A stretch of DNA of 64,000 bases, taken from contig NC_135902.1 in the NCBI RefSeq assembly GCF_964194155.1, positions 40,238,001 to 40,302,000 of the forward strand, in the 5' to 3' direction. Position numbers and translations under genes: made by a program. The notes under the pieces are model-generated. The model was not told where the DNA came from. It saw only the letters and a list, made by a program, of their open reading frames with translations, and did not search any database. This document shows positions 49,422 to 63,625 of the stretch, piece by piece (positions within the stretch are counted from its first letter, which is position 1; every line of letters starts with the position of its first letter). Source of the stretch: Cetorhinus maximus. Lineage: Eukaryota.

Positions 49422-50904
49422 GTCAGTATTTGTGGACCGGGCTTTGAATGCAATGCATTGCAGTGAGACCAGTCCCCAGGCTGTCTCAGGGCAGGCTTTT
49501 CATCAACTTAAACTGATTTCTAAAAGTAAAATCTTAAATCAAAGGCATGTATAACCTGGGCAAATCCCAGCCTTTTATGCAATATTTATGACAATGAAGT
49601 GGAACATTCAATTTAGGATCATATTGCAAGGCAGAAGGAAGGTCGACAAAATAATTGTTGAACTTTGCAAATCAATTAAAATAACTTCCTCAATGAAATG
49701 CTGATGAATGAGGAACGTCAGATTTACTGTAAGATGCCCATTACACCGTTTCTTCCCCCCCAGTACGTAGCATTCCTGGTGCCTTTCAATGATTCTCATC
49801 CCTATCTTTCCTGATGACCTTTTGTATTGTGTCATGGAGTAGTTACAATATTTTGCAATGCCACATTGATTGCCCAACCCTTCCTGCAAACCGACACCTT
49901 CCTGTAATTCTTGCATTTGTTAATCTTCAGGCCTGTCACTTATCCTTATCCTTTCTGATTAATTTACCTTGTGTAGGTTCCCATTCAGTTTCCATTTAGC
50001 GGGTTCACTGTTAAAGGTGGTAATGATCTGAAACCTGTGTATTGCTGAAAAAATAGACTTTTTGTTGAAGTTGAGATGATCAATAGTTTCAAAAGAAAAC
50101 TGGATGGGCACTTGAGGGAAATAAACTTGCAGGGCTATGGAGATAGAGTGGGGGAATGGGACTGACTGGATTGCACTTCAGAGAGCTGGCATGGACTCAA
50201 TGGGCTGAATTGCCTCCTCCTGTGCTGTAATAGCTCCATGACTGTAAGCCTGGACAGCTCTTAATGATACTGATGTCTGACAGGCCACTTAGAGTAATGC
50301 AAATGTCCACTTCTGCCTGTTGCAGGATGTGTCAGAGATATCCACACCAACAACAACTCGCATTCATATAGTACTTTTTATTGTAGGAGGCCTCCCCAAG
50401 GTGCGTGACTGAAGTGTAACCAGGCAAAATTGACACCAAAAAAGAAGTAAAATGTTTAGGAATTGGATTCTAGGGTTTATGGCCATTAGAATTCTTAATT
50501 TAGTATTTCTCATATTCCTGTTTGTGCCACCTTGTTGTAGACAAAGTGTCAGCTGCATTTTCTGACATTACAGCAACAACCACACTCCAGAGGGCTTACT
50601 TTGGCTCTGAGATACTTTGGGACGTTGCAAGGTCATGAAAGGGGTTACATCAATGCAAGTGCAAATGGGATGGTCATATAGCGGCTGCATTACTGGGTTG
50701 TTAATCCAGAAGCCAGGATGTCTAATCTGGAAATGTGTTCAAATTTTGCCATGGCAACTGGGAGGTATAAAGTTAGTTAATTACATCTGAAATAAAAAGT
50801 TGGTATCAGTAATAGCGGCCATGAAATGATTGGATTATTACAAAAGCCCATCTGGTTCACTAATGTCCTTTTGGGAAGGGAATGTGCTGACTGTTCCAAT
50901 GCGT

Positions 50905-51330
50905 CAGCTGTGGCTTAGTTGATGGCCCTCTGGCCTCTCGGTCAGAATATTGTGGGTCTCAAGCTCTACTTGAGGACTTGAGCACAAAAATCTAGGTTGA
51001 CACTTCAATGCGCTACTGAGGGAGTGCTGCAGTGTTGTAACTTTCAGCTGAGACGTTAAACCAAGGCCCACCCACCCTCCCAGATAGATGTAAATGATCC
51101 CATGGCACTATTTCAATGGAGACCAGGGGATTTATCCCCGGTGTCTTGGCTGATATTTGTCCCTCGATCAACATCAGAAAAAAAAGATGATTTAGTCACT
51201 ATCATGTTGCTGTTTGTAGGGGTTTGCCATGTACAAATAGTCTGCCACGTTTCCACAATTACAACAGTGACTACACTTCCAAAGGACTTTGAGACTATGT
51301 AAAAGATGCTAGACAAGTACAAGTGTTTCT
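50905..51330 (+). mobile_element. Deu-domain SINE (SacSINE1/AmnSINE1-related)
   Basis: tRNA-like head followed by GAGACGTTAAACC..GATCCCATGGCACTATTT..CCCCGGTGTC, recalled as the Deu domain; partial copies at ~59545-59720 (+) and ~61460-61730 (-). Confidence 0.7.
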
Positions 51331-51849
51331 TTCTCTTGCCTGATCTGCTCTATGGGGCCCCAGACCCACGGCAATGTGGTTGACTCTTCAATCCTTTCTG
51401 AAGTGACTTTGCAAGCCACTCAGTGGCTGAGGATTGGGCAACAAGTATTGGCTTTACTGACGACATTGACACCCCATGAACTAATTCATAAAAAGTTTTT
51501 TTCTTTAGTGCAGATGACTGAAGATAGAAGGGACTAGGGGTTATGTAAGAGGCAAGAATGGGATGAATACAAATATTCAACCATTTAAGGGCAGGTAGCT
51601 GAGAAAGGGAGGGGTGAGGCCTTGAGGGAATTGAACATAAGAATGGAAATTTTAAATTTGAGGTGTCGGTTGATTGGGACCCAATGTAGGACAACAGGCA
51701 CAGTGACGATAGATTAGTGGGACTTTGGATTAGGATCTGGCATTGAGATTTGTGTGGAAACTGGTCAGGAGCATGCGGAATAATTGAGTCTGGAGGTGAC
51801 AAAGGCACATATGAAGATTTCAGCAGATGATAGACAAAAGCCATGGAGA

Positions 51850-52400
51850 AATTTGAGCTGATTAGAGAGAGCCAAAATGGACTTTTTAAAAGTAGGTTTT
51901 ATATCACAAATCTAATCGAATTTTTTGAGGAAGTAACATAAAATAGTGGATAGTGGAATTTGTGTGGATGTAACTTATATGGATTTACAAAGGCATTCTG
52001 TAAGGTTCTACAGAAGGGACTGCTGTTAAACTCGTCTATGGATTTGAAGGCCTGATTCTTGGTGTGGCCAGCCTGTAAAAGGCAGAGAACAGGATAATGG
52101 CATGTACTCAAGTTGGAAGGAAGTAACTAATGGAATTGCAAGGATCTGTGCTGGGGCCTCAATTGTTCACCGTATATTTATTTTGCTGACTTAGATAATA
52201 CAATAGAGAGCTGTTTATCCAAGTTTGCCAATGACATGAAATTAGGTGGCGTAGTAGTTAGTATAGATGGGAGCATAAAATTGATAGATCAAATGAATGG
52301 ACAAAACTGTGGCAGATAGATTTCAACACAGATAAGTCAGTGGGCATTCCAGAAAAGAATAAATGTAAATACTCCTTAAATGGTGAAAAGCTATGAACAG
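51850..52400 (+). mobile_element. Degraded CR1 RT fragment
   Basis: Remnants TNLIEFFEEVT, GSVLGPQLFT, KFAND. Confidence 0.7.
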
Positions 52401-52839
52401 CAGAGGATCATGAAACCTGACAGTGCTTGATGTGGTTTAGCCAGATGTGGAGATTTGTGGCTAATCAGTCGCATGCCATTTAATGCTCAATCTGCACCTG
52501 TTGATTTGAGGGAGCAAAGATGGGCCATACCATAGAAAATGCTAGGATAGGAGAGAGTTAAGACCTTTGCAAAGACACCAAAGGTAGAGGTGAGGGAGTA
52601 GTTGAGGAAAGTAAAGAAATGGCCAAAAAGCAACTTACCCAACTGTACGAATGGCCACAGGAGAGGATGTACCTTTGCACCATTTAAAATGGTTCCACAC
52701 ATGCCCACATTGGATATACCCTCAAGAATTCAGAGGTCAAGATACAGACCAACGTCATATCTTTAGGGAAAAGAGCCAAGTGCGGCAGAAATGTCATGGA
52801 GCAATCCAGGGAGCTACCAAGTAATCCTAGCATTTGTAG

Positions 52840-53808
52840 TGCTATGATATGTCAGGTGGTAATTGCCGGCCTGGCCAAATCCCAAAGAGAAACTTGGCCA
52901 AGCTATCACAACAATTTTCAATTTGTATTTTTATTATGAGAAGGTATGTACACTGAAGTCAGAAGTAAAGAGCCCACTACCACCTTTAGAGATTTTAAAG
53001 ATTAAATTAAAACATTTATTAACAAAAGAAAAGAAAACTTAAACACACACGGTTATTGTTACACAGTTATGTTTAGACTTACAACATTTCCCAAAACATT
53101 TCTACTTAGCTAGACTCCCAAATAAGCACCCTTTCCCAGGCAACATTCCAAATAGATTCTTAATCTATAAAACATCCGGCAATATTACCACAAGGCACCC
53201 ACTGTCGCTCTAAGGAATGTATTTCACAGCTTCTCTCTTCCTCTCACTTGACAATAGAATTCCAAGACTTTAAAAAAAATCCCTGGAACAGGCATGCACT
53301 TCTCTAGGGTGGCTAGAGGCTGCTTTTTCTCAAGTCTGTCTTTGCACAGACCACCTTTCAACATCTCCCATGGCCGCTCCCATGCAGCTTTCAATCTTTC
53401 CTTAAATATGTTTTCTCTCCTTCTTATCATTAAATCCATTGTTTTAAACTTTCTTTGAAATTCAAACTCATCCAAATATAAGACCTTTCATGTTTCCATC
53501 TTGTCTTTGCTTTTGGGTCAGTATCCCCACTACTATTTTATCTAAGAACTCCAGCAAGATGCAAACATTTTCCTTGTCACCTTCTAATTCCCCTTTGAAA
53601 CTCAAACCTCTCAACTTATCTACAAATGCAAATGTTAGCTTGTCCATTTCCATTTGAAAATGCCTGCTTTTACACCTATTTTCTTGATGATTTAAACCTT
53701 GCAGTCTGACTGTCTTCAGTTTAATTAAATTAGTCATGCACACACACAGCCCTCACAAGTCTGCTTCAGTATTGCACATTAATATTAGAAAAAAGTATTC
53801 CCCTCACA
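52840..53808. mobile_element. Probable solo LTR, 969 bp
   Basis: TG...CA termini with a 4-bp TSD GTAG at 52836-52839 and 53809-53812. Confidence 0.55.
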
Positions 53809-53919
53809 GTAGATGGATATGCACTGTTGATTTTACAACAAAAATCGTATGTATTATAAGGTCATTAATGAATTAAGATGTAAAATTAGGTCAATGCATT
53901 GTTCTGAGCCATAATGTGT

Positions 53920-55425
53920 ACATTATGTTTACATAATGGTGTAATCATGTTCAAGGACTTCCAAAAGATGTTGATAAAGTGCCACATAACAGGTTTGTCA
54001 GCAATGTCAAATCCCATAAAATATAAGGGACAGTGGCAGCATGGATACAAAGTTGGCTGAGTGACAGGAAACAGTATTGGTGAACGAAAACAAAAATACC
54101 TGGAAAAACTCAGCAGGTCTGGCAGCATCTGCGGAGAGGAATACAGTTAACGTTTTGAGTCCGTATGACTCTTCAACAGAACTAAGTAAAAATAGAAAAG
54201 AGGTGAAATATAAGCTGGTTTAAGGGGTGGGTGGGACAAGTAGAGCTGGATAGAGGGCCAGTGATAGGTGGAGATAACCAAAAGATGTCATAGACAAAAG
54301 GACAAAGAGGTGTTGAAGGTGGTGATATTATCTAAGAAATGTGCTGATGAACAGTTGTTTATTGATCTGGAGCAAGTTATACTGAGGGGTTACCCAGGCG
54401 TTGGTGTTAGGACCACTGCTTTTCTTGATCTGTATTAATGATCTGGACCTGGGGTACAGGGCACAATTTCAATATATGCAGATGTCGCAAAACTTGGAAG
54501 CATTGTGAACCATGAGGAGGAAAGTGATAAACTTCATAAGGACATAGACAGGCTGGTGGAATGGGTGGACACATGGAATTTAATGCAGAGAAGTGTGAAG
54601 TAATACATTTTGCTAGGAAGAGTGAGGACAGGCAATACAAAATAAAGGATACAATTTTAAAGGGGGTGCAAGAGCAGAGGGATTGGAGGGTATATGTGCA
54701 CAACTTGTTGAAGGTTGTAAGGCAGATTGAGAAAGTGGTTAAAAACATACGGGATCCTGGACTTTGAGTCCAAAAGCAAGGAAGTCATGGTGAACCTTTA
54801 TCAAACACAGGTTCTACCTCAACTGGAGTACCATATCCAATTCTGGGCACCACACCTTAGGAAGGATATGAAGGCTTCACATGGTTTACGTCCTGGCTCA
54901 TTAGCATATTCCCTCTTAAAGTGATATCACAACAGGAAGGTGCAGAGAAGATTTATGAGAATGGCTTCAGGGATGAGGGACTTCAGTGATATAGATTGGG
55001 GAAGCTGGGGCTGTTCTCCTTCGTGAAGAGAAGATCGGGAGCAGATTCGATAGAAATGTTCAAACTCATGGGGCATCTAGACAGGACAGATGAGAAACTC
55101 TTTCCATTGGCAGAAGGGTCCAGAACTGAGGGGACAATTTTAAGGTGAATGGTCAAAGAATCAAATTTATTTTTTTACACAGCAAGTGCTTAAGATCTGA
55201 AACGCGCTGCTTGAGAGTGTAGTGTTAGACAGATTCAATCATGGCTTTCAAAAGCCATGGGTAATTATTACCCAATTCAAAATTGGGAAATTATCTGAAG
55301 GGAAATAAAATTACTGGCTACTGAGAAAAGGATGGGGGTGTGATAACTGAGTTGCTCTTCTAGAGAGCCGGTATGGACATGATGGACCAAATAGTCTCCT
55401 GTGCTCTAACCATTCTGATTCCACA
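53920..55425 (+). mobile_element. CR1 LINE fragment with a Penelope terminal fragment (~54087-54345, -) inserted
   Basis: MEFNAEKCEVIHF and PQLEYHIQFWAPHLRKD remnants; the insert is the reverse complement of ~27790-28055. Confidence 0.8.
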
Positions 55426-55899
55426 ATAATGTGTTTTAATCTTTCACCTGTTGATAGGTCTCAGGGAATGGTTATTTCTTTGGCAGGCCAGATTTATGTG
55501 TTTTCCTGTGAGCTGGGAGATCAATGTCAGATTTCATAAAGAGTAAGCAGTAATTAAGTGTTTAAACAGATAAGCTGTTTCGTTTATTAGAAATTTTGTT
55601 TTCTAATTGTACAGTCCCACTTATATTCTACATGCTATTCGACACTTGACGTCACATACTGGAAGAAAGAGTTGCAATTTGCATCAATGTTTGAGGTCCA
55701 GAGATTACATCACTGTCTCTGGCCTGTTCTGTTATACAATTTTCAGAATTGTTCTTGGGCTTTAATCTTTGTCCATGTGGTACATAATAATGTGTCCTGC
55801 TGTTTGTTAAATCCTTGCAATGCTGAAAAAGACACACTGCAGTTCTCTTGTGCTTAGAATGTCCCAGTAATGGATTACAGATTGTGAAATTATCACAGT

Positions 55900-56720
55900 A
55901 AGTCGTGAGCAGAAAGTTGCAAAGGGACCTAGGCATTAAGTGAGTGAGCAAAACTAGGGCCAATTGAGTTAAATGTGCATAAACTGAGGTCATCCACTTT
56001 GGACCCAAGAAAGATAAATCAGCATATTTTCTGAATGGTGAGAAACTAGAAACTGCACAGGAGCAGAGAGATTTGGCAGCCCAAGTGCTTCCAATCACTA
56101 AAAGCTAGTAGACAGGTACAAAAGGCAAACAAAACTGGAATACAAAAGGGAGGAAGCTATCCTTTAGTTAGATAAAAGCTTTGATAGGCTCCCATCCACA
56201 GAATTACATTCAGTTGTGGGCACTGTATCTCAGGAAAGGGTATATTGGCTTTGGAAGGGCGTGCAGCCCAGATTCACCAGATTTACAGGGTTAAACAATG
56301 AGGACAGGATGCATAAATGTAGTTTATATGGTCTTTGAGTGTTTCAGATTGAAGGGCGATGTATTAAAGTGTTTAAGTATTAAAATATTTTGATGGTATA
56401 GATCCAGAGAAACCATTTCCTTGGTTGAAAAAAATCAAGAATTAATCTTAAATTGGAAGGAGGTCATTCAGGAGTTGAAATGAGGAAGTACTTGTTCAGA
56501 CATAGGGTAGACGAAATCTGGAACTTTATCTGCCAAAAAGCTGTAGATGCAGTGACAACTTTCAAGACTGAGATTGGTAATCTTTTTGGTCAAGGAAGGG
56601 CGTCGAGGGGCATGGAAACAAAATCCTGTGAATAGAGGCACCGATGAGTTGCAATTTAATTGAATGGTGAAGCAGGCTCCAGGGCTGATTGACTGACCTA
56701 CTATTTTCCCTAATGTTCCC
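55900..56720 (+). mobile_element. Degraded CR1 3' portion
   Basis: EVIHFG..YFLNGEKL and RVDEIWN..KAVDA..FKTEI remnants. Confidence 0.7.
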
Positions 56721-57929
56721 GTGGAGGTTTATTGGGATATAATAATGTGTTTATTGCTTTTGAAGGGAATGGAATGTTCTGTCAACTGTAATTAGCACTA
56801 AATGTGACCAAAGAACTCCGTGTGAAATTGTAACTTTGCAAATTACTGACGCCAAGGGCCGACTTCAAGGCTGCAATCTATTCTGTGCATAGAAGCCAGT
56901 TACTAACTGCTTCTGCATGTGAGTTGCTTCTCCTCCTCAACTACACCCACAACAGTTGTACAAACTTTAACTGGTCAATATTTTCTCTTAACGATGCAGC
57001 AAGTTGCTGGGATTTGGCCCTTGATATTGTGAATTTTGCAGTGTAATGAATGCCATTTACTAAAGAGTCGGTAAACCTGTACTCCTTTGTTGAATGAAAA
57101 ACTGTCGACAGGGATGTAGGCAACACATCTAATAAAGTTTTCTTTTCAATATTTTTGATTCCATACATCTGTGCACCTTGCCAAATCCACATAATTCAAA
57201 TTGACACTTTTAACAAGTGCCTGATACAATGCAGTGTAACTAGATGACTGCAATAAAATCAGTGTAACATTTGGAACAAAAATAATTTGAATAAAATAAT
57301 CCTATCCTGCATTCCAGCTGTTTGAAGTTGGCTGTCGTTCAATTAGATTCAATTTGACGAGAATTGTGTATTCAACCCACAGTGAAAATTAGCATAATCA
57401 GTTATTAGCTGTGATTTCTCTTGTTCTGCTCTTCATGGGTCTTAGCAGCAATAAACAAGCCAAAACATTGTCTAAACTTGAGACTGTGACTTCTTTTTAG
57501 AGCTTGGATTGCTGGTAAATCTAGAGAAATGGCCATCTTCTTGAGCCAGTAAGCTTTGCTGATTCACGGTAATGATGAATTTTACTGTAATCCTTGACTT
57601 CTTTCGCCTCATCCTTGACGGTTGCGCCTTTAGCTGCCTAGGCCCGAAGCCTTGGCATTTCCTTCCTTAAACTCTTTGATTCTTCAGCCCTCTCTCCTTT
57701 AAAGACACTCCTTCCCCAAGCATTTGGTTACCTAATACCTCCCCCTTTGGCCCACTGTCACTTTTTTTTTACACTCTCTAATTGCGATCCTGTAAAGCAC
57801 CTTATTGTATTTTACTATGTTGGAGAAACTGTATGAAAGCAGGTTGTTTTAATGAAGTTGCTGAGATATCTGGTGCAGCTTTCCTATTGTAATATTTAGC
57901 CATTAAAAGTAAATGATTAAACAGGTTTA

Positions 57930-58147
57930 CAGGTACAAGACCCTGTATCTGGGAAGCTCGGGAGCAAACGTGTGATGGATTTGGGGAATTTATGGATTTT
58001 AGGTCCTAGGCCTAGCATGTACTTATAAAACATAAAATAAAGAATAAAAGGGTTTTATTCAAATTGCTACCTGGGCTGCCAGCTTCGAATGTAACTGGTT
58101 TTTGGGTCCTTCCAGATTTTGGGATGCTGGATAAGGGGTCAGGTACC
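57930..58147. mobile_element. Tigger/pogo-like MITE
   Basis: Imperfect TIRs GGTACAAGACCCTGTATCTGG and CTGGATAAGGGGTCAGGTACC; TA precedes the left end; resembles MER46-type termini (from memory). Confidence 0.5.
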
Positions 58148-58304
58148 CTCCCTTCCACTCTGTCTCTTTGTAGTTTTTTTAATTTTCCTACCTCATCTAA
58201 GTTAAAGCATCTTTTTCTGTGCCTTATTCCTCAACAAAACTAAGTTTAAAACTCTCTGCATTCGTTTTTTTCTTCACTTGCTATTGCTGGCTCCCATGAT
58301 CCTT

Positions 58305-58627
58305 TTTTTAATTCGTTTGTGTGATTGTGGGTGTCGCTGGCTAGGCCAGCATTTATTGCCCATCCCTAATTGCCCTTGTTCAGAGGGCATTCTTCTTAAA
58401 AGTGTCACATGTAGGCCAGACCAGGTAAAATAATGTGATTAAAGGACATTAGTGAACCAAATGGGTTTTTATGACAATTGGCATCATCAGACTTTTAATT
58501 TCAGCTTTTTATTGGATTCAAATTTCACCATCTTCCATGATGGGATTCGAACCCTGGTCCCCAGAGAATTACCCTGGGTCTCTGGAATATTAGTCCAGTG
58601 ATAATACCACTATGCCATCACCTCCCC
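58305..58627 (-). mobile_element. tRNA-derived SINE (same family as 16258)
   Basis: Collinear with 16258-16634; B box GGTTCGAATCC on the minus strand. Confidence 0.8.
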
Positions 58628-59780
58628 TTGGGAAAGCTTACCTGGTCTTCGGGTAGAGGCTTACTAATAATTTTCTTTTTTCCTTACTACTGGTGTGTGA
58701 TACTCACGCACATGTCTGGAAATGCTTAAGAGTGGTCTTTTTAAAAAGTCTGTTTTAATATTGCTGTTTGAAAATATGCCTTTGTGAAGAACATTGTTTA
58801 ATGACCTGAACCTTGTATGTTTTTGAAGTGCTGTAGAAAATTGGCCTGGTTTTCAAAACATTATTAGTTTGGAAAGGGCTTTGCATGTGTAAAAGCCATT
58901 TGTTGACAATTATATTTCTGCACAAACTCATTTTAAAACAAGGCATTTAACTTTAACACGTCAAAAAATTCCACTGCCTTTATCTTTCATCTGTAATCCA
59001 ATTATCAGTCAGAGTGTTTTCAGAACGCAGCCTTACACAAGGTTGCCCCGATTGCTTTTAGTTTATTATATTGTTACCTGCGTTGTACTTGTCATCAATG
59101 CTTGGTCTTGCATATAATATAGATATAAAAAAATAAAAATAGGATCCTTCTATTATCTCACAGCTTCCATTATCTCAGGTGTTCGGAGTGTCCTCTTCAT
59201 TACGGGGGATGACCAAGGTCCCATTACATTACTGTTTATGTTACTGTGCAAGCAATTGTGTTTTGCTTGAATTGAGCACTTAGTTCTGGTGCTCCAAAAG
59301 ATGGGTGGGCCATGTTGGAGAGTTGTGATGTCTTTGAAAACTCTTTGTGGAGAGCAAGCGAATGAACGACAAAACTATATTTTTTCAGATAGTTCTTCCA
59401 TACTATGTGCCAAAGACATTCCTATTAGCAAGCCCTCACTTCCTCTGAGTGTGACTGATCAATATTTGCACACTGCTGGATTTTCAAGGCTGATCTGTTG
59501 GACGTTGTGAGTTTTGATGGTTTTGAAACAAGAATGTTAATGTTAAACAACCAACACCGTCAAAACAGATGAATTAGTCATTTATCTCATTGCTATTTCT
59601 GAAATCTTGGTATGTGCAAATTGGCTGTTGTGTTTGGCTATTCAAAGTGATGATACTTCAAAAATAGTTGATTGGTAGTGAAGCACTTTGTGATGGCCTG
59701 AACACATGAACATGAAATAAGTTCTTTATTTCTTCTTGGTAAAAGTGTTTTAATTTCATTCTCATCTCTGTCTCACACAG

Positions 59781-59819
59781 AAACAAATACTGGATGGAAG
59801 TCTTGGTTTTGCTGCTGGG
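59781..59819 (+). CDS. SLC39A11: ZIP11 second coding exon (39 nt); gene continues beyond the window
   Basis: TCTCACACAG|AAA..GGG|GTGAGT encodes KQILDGSLGFAAG, the direct continuation of the previous exon (human RRILDGSLGFAAG). Confidence 0.95.
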
Positions 59820-61304
59820 GTGAGTATATAAAGAAACTTTCAGCTATATCCTTGAAAGAAATGATGTGATTAAAGCCTGTCTTTTAAATGAAAACTTTTG
59901 CATGAGTAACAATTTATTGCTGCATCCTTTTTTTAAAAAATAAAATTGTTAGGACAAGTTAGGGAGAACAAGAATATTCTGAAAAAGTCATTCTTTGAAG
60001 AAGCCAACGCTGAAGTGTTCGTCTTTCGAAGACTGGTTAAGATGCAATTTATCACGAGCTGCACTATCAAACAGACAAAAAAAGTGTCAGCTTATCAGAG
60101 GGAAAGACAGTCTGGGTCGACAGGAAGTGAGGGCTCATGCCAACAGAAACAAATTAAAACTCAACGGAATTATGCTTGCAGGTTGTGGGAACAGGGAGTG
60201 CTTTATTTCTGTGCTCATCAAGGTGAAGGATGTCATTGATGAGAAATGCAAACATTTATTTAATTCAAAGACTGAGCAAGTTCGGTTAAGTGTGGCACCG
60301 GGCAATGCAGAGCAATCTCCCTCTGCTTTCCCCCGACTGCCCCACCTTCAGTTGCACCAGTGGAAACTCAATGAATACAAAAGATTAGAAGGATATGTTG
60401 ATGGGATTAAATTACGTAGAGTGGGAACAGTTTTATGTGGAGCATAAACGATGGCATAGACTTGTTTCTGTTATAAGTTCTATGTAATCTATGTAACATC
60501 GTCATTTGCTATGTTGATTATTGTTGAGGCCCTTGTGATTGAATCTGTCAGTTAATACCAAGTTGAGGGATGTTTTATGCTGTGGATTTCCCAGGAATAG
60601 TGTTGAGATTGCCTAGATTATTACATGATGAACCATTAAAACTGACAGGAAGAGGAGTCCTGCACTGCTTGTGAATGTGAAATGACAGTGGCAGAGACCA
60701 CCCCTCTAGATATATCACGATCAAGTATGCTTTGAAATTTTGTATGTGTTCTGACGTTGTTTGTGTGATTTCCATAACATTTTATAATTCAATTTGATGC
60801 TTGTGTTGTGTTCTCAGAAACAAACTGTTGTCCAATATCTTTCCTTCACTTAACCTTCCCTGAATGTGCTGGTAGGGATCCTTTAACAGCCTGTGTATTT
60901 CGCAGAATCCCATACTACAGCTGTTCAAATTCTGATGTTCTCCAAGGGGAAGGTCTAATCCTTCAAGTTATTGGACATGGTTTTATAACAGGCAGTTAAA
61001 GATAAGCAGACCATTTGCTTTTGTTCGACCTCCTCCCCTTGAGGCAATGGTCTGCTTTTGATCAGCTTTGTTCCATTTGAACAGCAGCAGTACTGCAAAT
61101 GCGCAGTATTTTTTTTGTTGCTTCTTGCTATGAATTGGGCAATCAGATGAATACAGGATTCCTTCAGGAATAGTGGTTGACTGGATCAATTAACAGGACG
61201 GTTTCAATAATTAGAATATGGGTTCAAACTGCTGAAGTTTGAATACTAAATAGAAGACCTAATAAAATAGATCACAGTTGAATGCATGTACTTTGCTACA
61301 GCTA

Positions 61305-62180
61305 CACAGAATCTGAGTTGGACCACACCTGGAGAACTGTTCTTAGCACCGCATCTTAGGATATGTTGGCCTTGGAAGAAGTGCTTCTCATTTGTCATCA
61401 CAGTCTAACATCTGTGTTCTGCCAACATTTTTTATGAATGTGGTTAACAATCTAATAGTGACCAAATAATCTTTTTTTGTGATGTTGAGTGAGGGATAGA
61501 CATTGGCCAGGACACAGGTGGTAACTCCCCAACTCTCCTTTGAATGGTACCATGGGATCTGAGCAGGCAGTTGGGACCCCAGTGTAAGGTCTCATCCAAA
61601 AGGTGGCATCCATGATAGTGCAGTGCACCCTCGGTACTGCACCAGAGTGTCAGGTCCTGGAATGGGACTTGAACCCAGAACCATGTGATTCAGAGTCGAG
61701 AGTGCTACCAACTGAGCCACGGCTGACACGTGGTGCAGCACAGATTCACCAGAATATAATCAGGTCTTCAGGGATTAGATATTAAGCAGCGATTACGTAA
61801 ACTAGGTTTGTGTTCCCTGGACTATAGAAGACTAAAGAGGAATTTGATTGAGGGTTTTAGAATTTTGAAAGGAATTGATGAAGTAGGGAGAAACTTTTAC
61901 CCATGGATTGGGCGGGGGTGGAGGGGTGGTGGTGGAGGAGATAGTCCAGGACAAGGCAACATTACTTTAAAATCAGAGCCAGGCTATTCAGAAGAGAAGT
62001 TAGAAAACATTTGCTCAAAGGGTTGCTGAGGTATTGAACACTGTCACAAAAAGTAATAGGTGCGAGTCTGATTAATAATTTTAAATTGGAGGTCTAAAGA
62101 TTTTTGCTAGTCGAGGACATAAAAGGATATGGAGCGATGACAGGTGGATGGAGATAAGATGCAGATTAGCCATTGTTAAT
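61305..62180 (+). mobile_element. Degraded CR1 3' portion interrupted by a Deu-SINE
   Basis: GACCACACCTGGAG..GGCCTTGGAAGAAGTGC resumes at ~61733 GTGCAGCACAGATTCACCAG; SLDYRRLKRNLIEGFRILKGID. Confidence 0.65.
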
Positions 62181-63319
62181 AGGATCCAAGCCAGTTGGTG
62201 AAGCAGGAACCAAGATTGAGCTTTTCTTTACTGAGGGAGTTCATTGACTTGTTCAGTCTCACAGTTCTCCTTCCACCCAACCCAGTGTCCCAGCTATCCC
62301 CTATTTATATGTGCTTAATTAATATGCATTGCCTGTTTCTTTTAACATTAACAATGTAATTAACAAACCGTAACAATGTAATTTGACAACATTAGCAACC
62401 ATGATCTCGTTCAATGGTGACAGAACAGGTATGAGGTGCTGAATGACAAACTCTTTTTCCTATTTTACTTGGTTCAGCTTTTCAGACTAAATAATCCTAC
62501 TTTAGATTCTGTTTTACATGACTATCATGCTGTATATTGGTGACATATTGCGGGCTCTAAAACTTGCAGTTTTCATTACTACAGTTATACGTTTTATAAT
62601 AAAGTGGTGAAGTTAATTATTGTAGAGCACACCGGTGTATCCATATGGGAAGTCATTGTTCTGTTGAGAGTGTAATAAATCCAAGATTCCATCGTAATCT
62701 GGGAAGTTACAATGAAGCTGTTGAACCGTGTGCCAGTACAAGAGCTAAGAATACAATAAAGTGCCTCAAGTTATCAGCCTTAATTTCAGTGAAGTTACTG
62801 GTGATTTTGTTTCGTAATGGTGTTCGTGCGAAATAACGTGAGATTCCATTCAGAGTAAGTGTGACCCCGTGGGGCCAGGCGATAAGCCAGCGGGCAGCGT
62901 GAAGCGCACGCCCCAACCTGGGCCACACCAGCCACTGACACAGGAAAGCCGAAGGATAAGACTGCAGCAGCCGGCTCCGCGGAGTCAGGCGGGAAAACTA
63001 AAGCCAAAGCTGCCGAATCCAAGAAATCTGGGAGACAGAAAGGGGCTATTGACTCTCCACCGGAAAGTTTGGGAGCCATGCTTTTGGAGTCAAGAGAGGA
63101 AAGCAAGCAGCAGAAAACGATGGAGCCCTGTGCACCAGTAACAAAGCCGGTAGTGGCAGTCATGCCTGTGCCAGTGGAGGGTCAAGTGGGGTTAAACAAT
63201 CACACCAGACCAGAAAAATTCACCACACACTCAAGAAAGCCTGCCTGAAGACTTGGCTGATTATGAGCAGTGCACTGACTCAATCTCCTCTGATGAGTAC
63301 GCTCCACAGGAGAATCAGA

Positions 63320-63625
63320 ACCATAGAAAAGTTACAGCACAGAAAGAGGCCATTCAGCCCATCGTGTCTGCGCTAGCCAAAAAGAGAAAAAAGAAACTAG
63401 CCGCTCATTTTTAATCCCACTTTCCAGCACCTGGTCCCCCATAGCCTTGCAGGTTACAGCACTTCAGATGCAGATCCAGGTACCTTTTTAAATGAGTTGA
63501 GCATTTCAGCCTCAACCACCAATTCAGGCAATGAATTCTAGACACCCACCACCCTCTGGGTGAAAAAGTTTTTCCTCATGTCCCCTCTAATCCTTCTACC
63601 ATTCACCTTAAGTCTATGCCCCTTG
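63320..63625 (-). mobile_element. CR1 3' fragment, same subfamily as 40140
   Basis: Close match to 40150-40560 without the 135-bp insert; flanked by the imperfect duplication GAGAA(T/C)CAGA. Confidence 0.8.

Noticed and set aside
58540-58627. tRNA gene candidates from A/B boxes (also ~16560-16634, ~39965-40030 and ~45665-45755)
   Set aside because: These are SINE heads continuing into shared SINE bodies; no cloverleaf evident.
59946-60447. ORFs just after the second ZIP11 coding exon
   Set aside because: They do not encode the expected next ZIP11 segment (VMLAASYWSLL), which I did not find in the window; intronic.
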